Shown here one piece after another: positions 58,592 to 63,803 of a stretch of DNA of 64,000 bases. The stretch lies in IMG/VR virus record IMGVR_UViG_3300046311_000263, positions 13,376 to 77,375 of that record. One strand, given 5' to 3'. A program made the position numbers and the translations under genes. Each line of letters opens with the position of its first letter. Positions within the stretch are counted from its first letter, which is position 1. The notes under the pieces were generated by a model, which was given only the letters and a program-made list of their open reading frames with translations, did not search any database and was not told where the DNA came from. This DNA is from a virus.

Positions 58592-58719
58592 CAGATATTA
58601 TCTGGGTCTGGAGTCGGCGATACCCCGACTATGCAGAACGTATGCGTGCCATGTCGCACCCCAATAACGTGCAGAACGCCTTTGAAGCGGCGTCGATGAT
58701 GTTTCTGGAGCCTATTTAA
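58588..58719 (+). CDS. Hypothetical protein (43 aa)
   Basis: ATGA coupling, AAGGA SD. Confidence 0.6.
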   Translation: MTDIIWVWSRRYPDYAERMRAMSHPNNVQNAFEAASMMFLEPI

Positions 58720-58950
58720 ATGACGCTTTCCCCTTTTGAATACCCGGTCGATCGGGCCATCGCAAGTTTCAACGATACTCAGCTGAATCCCCGGCTGCCT
58801 ATCGAGGAAATTCAAGGCTTGCATGATTCTGGCCTTTCGACCGACGAAGACGGCGAAGCCATCGTCGATACTATCGACCCCGAAATTCCGTTTGGATGGC
58901 GGGTTATTGAGGCTGACGACCCTTTGATTCTCAACCCCCAGGAGATTTAA
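58720..58950 (+). CDS. Small acidic protein
   Basis: 76 aa, Asp/Glu-rich. Confidence 0.7.
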   Translation: MTLSPFEYPVDRAIASFNDTQLNPRLPIEEIQGLHDSGLSTDEDGEAIVDTIDPEIPFGWRVIEADDPLILNPQEI

Positions 58951-58952
58951 AC

Positions 58953-59207
58953 ATGGGAGTATGTGTCCAGTTTTACAAAAAGGGTTCTAGTAACCCTGAA
59001 AAGCTGGCAGACATTGATAATGCTATTTGTAAGCATTTCGGCGTCGAACCGGATCCCAAACTGTGGTTTGAATACTGGTTTGATACTGTCGGATTCTTTC
59101 TGGCGTGCGGAAAGGATTATGACTGGATTGTGAGAGAATATCCCGAGCGTCAGGCACTTTGTGTGTTTCTCGCACAAAACTACGAAGTTAGCCACTGGAG
59201 AGAATAA
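58953..59207 (+). CDS. Hypothetical protein
   Basis: AGGAG SD; IDNAICKHFGVEPDPK. Confidence 0.75.
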   Translation: MGVCVQFYKKGSSNPEKLADIDNAICKHFGVEPDPKLWFEYWFDTVGFFLACGKDYDWIVREYPERQALCVFLAQNYEVSHWRE

Positions 59208-59337
59208 TAAAAACCCGCCGTAGCGGGTTTTTTTATTATCTACGACATACTAATAAGGGTAAACCCTTATTGGCGCCATTTTAACATATAAAATGGGCAC
59301 CTGTCAAGGATTGTTACAAATTTTTACATACTCCCTA

Positions 59338-59356
59338 AATGCGAATGCGTCTCATT
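59338..59356. promoter_or_regulatory. Fur-box-like site
   Basis: AATGCGAATGCGTCTCATT, 16/19 to AATGAGAATGATTCTCATT. Confidence 0.6.
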
Positions 59357-59434
59357 ACGGCTAATTTGCGCCAAAATTATACCACAGAAAAACTGCCCGC
59401 GTCAAGCGCTGTTACATCTGTTACACTTAAGTAA

Positions 59435-59505
59435 GTGAGCACTTACGGGGGCGGTCTAAGTAAGTGAGCGCTCACTGGGCGCTTTACAAGTTGGTGAGCA
59501 CTCAC
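59435..59505. promoter_or_regulatory. Three SlmA-binding-sequence-like palindromes
   Basis: GTGAGCACTTAC 59435, GTGAGCGCTCAC 59464, GTGAGCACTCAC 59494 vs consensus GTGAGTACTCAC. Confidence 0.7.
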
Positions 59506-59562
59506 TATCGTACCATTGGCCGCGGAGGCGGCGAATTGCCGTGGCGGCAAAAAGTCCTTATG

Positions 59563-59575
59563 AATCAATGACTTA
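59563..59575 (+). promoter_or_regulatory. IHF-binding consensus
   Basis: AATCAATGACTTA = WATCAANNNNTTR with upstream A-tract. Confidence 0.65.
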
Positions 59576-59981
59576 CGTATTTTCGCAGCTCCTTGCGAGC
59601 TGCGCCAGTGGTAAAACTAGCTAAAATTTCTGCACGTGCGCTGCGCCAAAATTATACAGTGCCAAAGCTATCTGAGTCAAGTAAATATTTTCACACTTGA
59701 CGTGGCCATCCAAAAGTGACAAAATGAATATTCTTCGGCGGACAAGCGAACCAAATGGGTTAACCTGTCGAAGCAACCTCGTTTATGCGTTAAATTAGCG
59801 ACTCAAATTTTTGGTGACTATACTCATACATCAGAAAATATTGTCTTGCACAACGAGGCGGTTTACGTTACAATAGATTCATCGGTTGGGAAGAGAGACA
59901 AGCTAACCGAGACGAACAAAAATTCTATCTTGTCTGTGTTTCTAATAGTGCGATATAATAATTCTTTAGAAGGGAATTCAA

Positions 59982-60320
59982 ATGACTGAAAAGACCAAGG
60001 CCGTGAACTACACCGCCGAACAAGTTGCTGAGATGGTTGAAGCTTACAAGGCTGTGTCGACCAAGGCTACCGTGAAGGCCCTGGCTGAAAAGCTGGGCAA
60101 GACCGAGCGTAGCGTTATCGCTAAGCTGGCAAAGGAAGGGGTTTACCAGAGCGAGGCGAAGGAAGCCGGCAAGCGTGCCATGCTGAAGAGCGAGATGGTG
60201 GCTAAGCTGGCGGAGCTGACCGGCGCGAGCGAGGAACAGCTGGACAGCCTGGAGAAGGCTACCGGTACTGCACTGATGGTGCTGGTGAAGGCTCTGACTG
60301 CGGCGCAAGCCGCTGAGTGA
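59982..60320 (+). CDS. A2: A2-like DNA-binding protein, paralog 2
   Basis: VNYTAEQ, GKTERSVIAKLAKEGVY, SLEKATGTAL; clearly paralogous to 57007. Confidence 0.8.
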   Translation: MTEKTKAVNYTAEQVAEMVEAYKAVSTKATVKALAEKLGKTERSVIAKLAKEGVYQSEAKEAGKRAMLKSEMVAKLAELTGASEEQLDSLEKATGTALMVLVKALTAAQAAE

Positions 60321-60347
60321 GCAACCCGAGGGTCAGAAAATTTTGAC

Positions 60348-60467
60348 TTGACCCTCGAGGTATTTTAATCTATAATAGATATATCGATTGGGGAATAGCA
60401 GCAACAGACACCAGCGTCGAATGACTAAAAATTCTGTCTTGACTCGCTGCTAATTCTTCTGTATAAT
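60348..60467 (+). promoter_or_regulatory. Two tandem consensus sigma70-type promoters for the ncRNA operon
   Basis: TTGACC-17-TATAAT (60348-60376) and TTGACT-17-TATAAT (60439-60467). Confidence 0.88.
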
Positions 60468-60473
60468 GAATGT

Positions 60474-60906
60474 ATGCCAGGCGGAATGCTGGCGGCGTAA
60501 GTACCAGAAACACTGGCAGCCATAAATGAAAGTGTGGGTGGACAGCGGTGGTGCTGGCAGCATAAATCATGCTGTTACAGGTTGATCCAAGCGTCCTTAA
60601 TTGCCGAGAATATTAGAGAGACTTTGCAGTATTTACACTACCAAAGTAAACCTAGAGCCGAGCGTCAGCCCTTCAGAACACCGATTGAAATCCCTGCCGC
60701 ACTTTACCAGTGCAGGCATATGACCTGCAGACAACATTAAGGCGGGGATTTCAATGGGTGGTTTGAGACCCCGCCGTAAGGCCGGGATAAAAGCTTAATG
60801 GAGTCTGAAATACTCGAGTCTCCGCCCAGTAAATTAGTCTATTTTGTTGACCCCCGGCGAGTCAAGTGTTTTCGCAAGTCTATGTTAGACTCGCCGGGGA
60901 AGGCTG
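60474..60906 (+). ncRNA. Structured non-coding RNA(s), family unassigned
   Basis: 15-bp stem 60684-60698/60741-60755, 12-bp stem 60852-60863/60888-60899, several small hairpins. Confidence 0.6.
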
Positions 60907-60915
60907 TGAAGTATT

Positions 60916-60990
60916 GCCGTATTCGTCTAGTGGTTAGGACACCGGGGTTTCATCCCGTCAACGAGAGTTCGATTCTCTCATATGGTACCA
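60916..60990 (+). tRNA. tRNA-Glu(UUC), copy 1
   Basis: Cloverleaf, TTC anticodon, GAGAG-TTCGATT-CTCTC T arm, encoded CCA. Confidence 0.92.
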
Positions 60991-61105
60991 AACGCAAACT
61001 CTGATGATGACTCCGCGTTAAGTGAGTCGAAACTCTAGCTATCTGTAGCAAATCGCTGAAGCAACTTCAGTCTGCCTCACTTGCTATAACCTAGGGTCAG
61101 GAAGT
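60991..61105 (+). ncRNA. Type I hammerhead ribozyme, copy 1 (cut after C61098)
   Basis: CUGAUGA, stem II GACUC/GAGUC, GAAA, stem III ACUCUAG/CUAGGGU, GUC site, AACGC/GCGUU pseudoknot. Confidence 0.85.
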
Positions 61106-61108
61106 ATT

Positions 61109-61183
61109 GCCGTATTCGTCTAGTGGTTAGGACACCGGGGTTTCATCCCGTCAACGAGAGTTCGATTCTCTCATATGGTACCA
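61109..61183 (+). tRNA. tRNA-Glu(UUC), copy 2
   Basis: Identical to copy 1. Confidence 0.92.
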
Positions 61184-61298
61184 AACGCAAACTCTGATGA
61201 TGACTCCGCGTTAAGTGAGTCGAAACTCTAGCTATCTGTAGCAAATCGCTGAAGCAACTTCAGTCTGCCTCACTTGCTATAACCTAGGGTCAGGAATT
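61184..61298 (+). ncRNA. Type I hammerhead ribozyme, copy 2 (cut after C61291)
   Basis: Identical core to copy 1. Confidence 0.85.
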
Positions 61299-61300
61299 TA

Positions 61301-61932
61301 TACCACTGGCCATGGCGGCCAAAGCTAAATAGTAATATCTAAGAGATCGCAACTTAGGTTCCTAAATCCGGAAACCAACGGTGCACGTATTGCATGTCCG
61401 TGGTAATGCCAAAAGGCTACTGATATTCGGATAACTAACCACTTACAGAGCTGGTGCTCGTTGGTGGAGGTTACATGTGTCACCAGCCGTCTATCTGAGG
61501 TCAACCTATGCTCAGATTGCACGATATATAATGGCTCCTAGTGAACTGTCGTTCATAGCTGGGGGAAGCAGAACGACGTTAGCCTACCCCTTTATGGACG
61601 AGAGCGGTAGAGGTGAAGTTAAGATGCCAAAGTAGATGAAATTTCTACAACCTAGATAGGCCCTGATAAGCAATCACCACTAAGGTGAGAGTGCTCATAG
61701 TCAAAACCTTTAAATAGTAGCTTGGTGATCTACTAGTCTAGACAGCTGCGAGATAGTGACTTATCGTCTCCTTAGACCAAGAATGGTACACTTGGTGCAG
61801 ATAAAGAAATCTCGGATGCGCGACCGAGTGTGAACATGTTACGAAATATGTAGGAAGCATATCCTCCCCTAATAAGGTATAGAAAAGCAGCCAGTAGTGC
61901 CAACCAGCCAGACTGAAATTAAATCGGTGGTA
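61301..61932 (+). ncRNA. Large ornate ncRNA (~630 nt; ROOL/GOLLD-like in size and context)
   Basis: Closing stem TACCACTG/CGGTGGTA, more than 12 internal hairpins, no + strand ORF of 60 aa or more, terminator follows. Confidence 0.75.
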
Positions 61933-61941
61933 CGATTTATC

Positions 61942-61975
61942 CAGCCCCTACGTCGAAAGACCTAGGGGCTGTTTT
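61942..61975 (+). terminator. Intrinsic terminator of the ncRNA operon
   Basis: CAGCCCCTA-CGTC-GAAA-GAC-CTAGGGGCTG-TTTT. Confidence 0.85.
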
Positions 61976-62179
61976 CGTTCCTGCGCCAATATTATACAGT
62001 GCCAAAACTATCTGTGTCAAGTGAGAATTTACTCAGCCGACCCTACGTCAGAGCAGTCTCCCGCCTCCGGCGGGTACTTGCTCAAATTTAGGCATCTGCT
62101 CAAATTTGAGCAAATACCCAAACTTAGGCCAATTATCGCTTCTAACCGATATTTTGAAAATATCGCCTCTAGCCGATAT

Positions 62180-62230
62180 AAAATGCAAAAAGCCCACACA
62201 GTATTACGCTGTGTGGGCTTTTTGCATTTT
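62180..62230 (-). terminator. Long hairpin terminator after D3-like gene
   Basis: AAAATGCAAAAAGCCCACACAG...CTGTGTGGGCTTTTTGCATTTT. Confidence 0.85.
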
Positions 62231-62561
62231 AGACACCTGCTTCGCAGGGAGATAATTTCTCAATAATTAGCTTTAATATGCTTTTATTGACCTTACCTAG
62301 ACTTTCTGCGAGATCTATGTCGATTTCTAGCAATTCTGCGAGTTTTTGGACGTAAAACTCTTTTTTAACTGGAGGTTCGCCGGTTTTTCCGACGTAGGAC
62401 TTCTTTTTGTAGAGGCCCATAGAGCTGAGCTTGGCTATGATGCTTCGCTCAGTGGTGCCAAATTGCGACGCAAGCTCGCAGGTTGGCACGCCTGAGGTGA
62501 ACTGAGCTACTAGGGACTTCGTTATCTCGTGTGTGTATTCTAACTTACCAAGGGGCGTCAT
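62229..62561 (-). CDS. D3: D3-like DNA-binding protein (A2/D3 family)
   Basis: GTTERSIIAKLS, YVGKTGEPPVKK shared with 57007; directly follows D2-like gene. Confidence 0.75.
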   Translation of the reverse strand: MTPLGKLEYTHEITKSLVAQFTSGVPTCELASQFGTTERSIIAKLSSMGLYKKKSYVGKTGEPPVKKEFYVQKLAELLEIDIDLAESLGKVNKSILKLIIEKLSPCEAGV

Positions 62562-63345
62562 ACGAAAAAGTTTTTTCCTGTTGTTTAGGCTCCGCTACAA
62601 ACACGGAAGAACTCACCAGCGGAGCGGGTGTAGCGTCCCAATTCCTAGGGTCTAGGATCATGTACTGGTGACGGTTTTCTGGGTGAGCTACCCAGATCTG
62701 CGTGAGCATAGCTTTAAGGTACAGAGGCATACCCCCTAGGGCTGTCTGTTCAATGCGAGACAAACTGTGGTAGGTTTTTGGATTACGTGGTGATTTGCCC
62801 GGCACCGAAAGTCCTAGGTCCCGAATTTCGACCAATTTTTGGGGCTGGAGCTCCCGAGCTACGTCTGCAGGCAGGTCATAACTAACTGCATCCCATAGTA
62901 GTTGATCTACTAGGTGCTTTACCTCGTTGCGCACCCAAACCCCGTACGGAATGTTGTTGAACTTTTTTTGTGCTGCCATATAAAGAGGCACTAAAGCACA
63001 ATAAGGCAGGCTTTCAGGTAGGGTCTGCTTACCCATGACCTTGCTACGGCTGACTTTAGTGATAAACCTCCATATACCAAGCTCTCTAGGCTTACCTAAT
63101 ACGTTTAGGTCTAGAAATTGTCGTGCTGAGATGTTTTGGGTGGATGGAAGCCTATATGAAGCTAAGTGTGCTAGTAGCTGAGGACCTAACCATTCCCAGG
63201 TTTCTTGGTTTCTCAGCTTGTGCAGCTTAACAAAATCTTCTACTATAGTAGAAGACGCATCTCCGCCACTTACATCTGCTAAAAGGTTTTGGTATTCGAA
63301 CTCAATATTTTCGAAAGGAATGGTTTTAATATCTTTTTTGACCAT
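62545..63345 (-). CDS. D2: D2-like protein
   Basis: LVPLYMAAQKKFNNIPYGVW and MLTQIWVAHP resemble recalled T5 D2. Confidence 0.7.
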   Translation of the reverse strand: MVKKDIKTIPFENIEFEYQNLLADVSGGDASSTIVEDFVKLHKLRNQETWEWLGPQLLAHLASYRLPSTQNISARQFLDLNVLGKPRELGIWRFITKVSRSKVMGKQTLPESLPYCALVPLYMAAQKKFNNIPYGVWVRNEVKHLVDQLLWDAVSYDLPADVARELQPQKLVEIRDLGLSVPGKSPRNPKTYHSLSRIEQTALGGMPLYLKAMLTQIWVAHPENRHQYMILDPRNWDATPAPLVSSSVFVAEPKQQEKTFSYDAPW

Positions 63346-63761
63346 GGAACTGTTTAAGTGTAAGAAAGTGATATCACTCTGACCCTAGGCTGTAGCAGGC
63401 AAGAGCAATATATTGGATTGACCCTAGGTTGGGGCGAAAAGCAAAAACGGGAAAATTGCTCGAACCTAGGGTAAGAGCAAATAAAGAAACTAGGAATAAA
63501 ACGGGTTTTTCCTTAGCGGGGCGAAACCTGTTAGGGGAAAATTAGCTTTAATTTGCATTTTTTTAGAAAAAATCGGATTTTATAAGAAAAAATTATAAAT
63601 GCAAATTTAAAAAATAGGTGTGGCGATTTGCATCACGCAGCGCTGATTTGTTCTACTCTCGCAGTCTGCACATCTTCCTCGGCGGAGCTCCTCATTGTGC
63701 AGCCGTTCTTTTGAAAAATCGCGCTGCCTGTTATCGCCACTTTACTCTCTAGTATAACTAA

Positions 63762-63790
63762 ATTATATCACGGATTTTTTTCATTTTCAA
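63762..63790 (-). promoter_or_regulatory. sigma70-type promoter for D2-D3 with a ~410-nt leader
   Basis: TTGAAA-17-TATAAT with TG. Confidence 0.8.
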
Positions 63791-63803
63791 GCTCATATAG
63801 TTC

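Larger units (their letters stand above)
60908..61296 (+). repeat. Tandem 193-bp duplication of the tRNA-hammerhead unit
   Basis: 60908-61100 identical to 61101-61293 by eye. Confidence 0.95.
49811..62030 (-). repeat. Dispersed repeat family GCGCC-AAAATTATACCA...GTCAA (18 copies), each a reverse-facing sigma70-type promoter
   Basis: GCGCC at 50347, 50795, 51363, 51440, 52635, 53635, 54403, 54482, 55383, 55475, 56700, 56785, 57605, 58335, 59273, 59368, 59643, 61983; degenerate copy at 49811. Confidence 0.92.

Noticed and set aside
59464-59475. Symmetric lac operator or vector contamination
   Set aside because: Only the 12-bp core matches, the AATT flanks are absent, and two degenerate neighbours fit a SlmA-like consensus better
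60370-61522. ORFs 60370, 60534, 60798 and 61325
   Set aside because: No SD sites or phage-like codon usage; they overlap promoters, a tRNA or structured RNA
61301-61932. Confident assignment to ROOL, GOLLD, tmRNA or a group I intron
   Set aside because: No diagnostic motifs could be verified by eye; a covariance-model search is needed
49811-62030. Integron attC cassette array
   Set aside because: No consistent RYYYAAC...GTTRRRY boundaries and no tyrosine recombinase in the window; the repeats read better as promoters and operators
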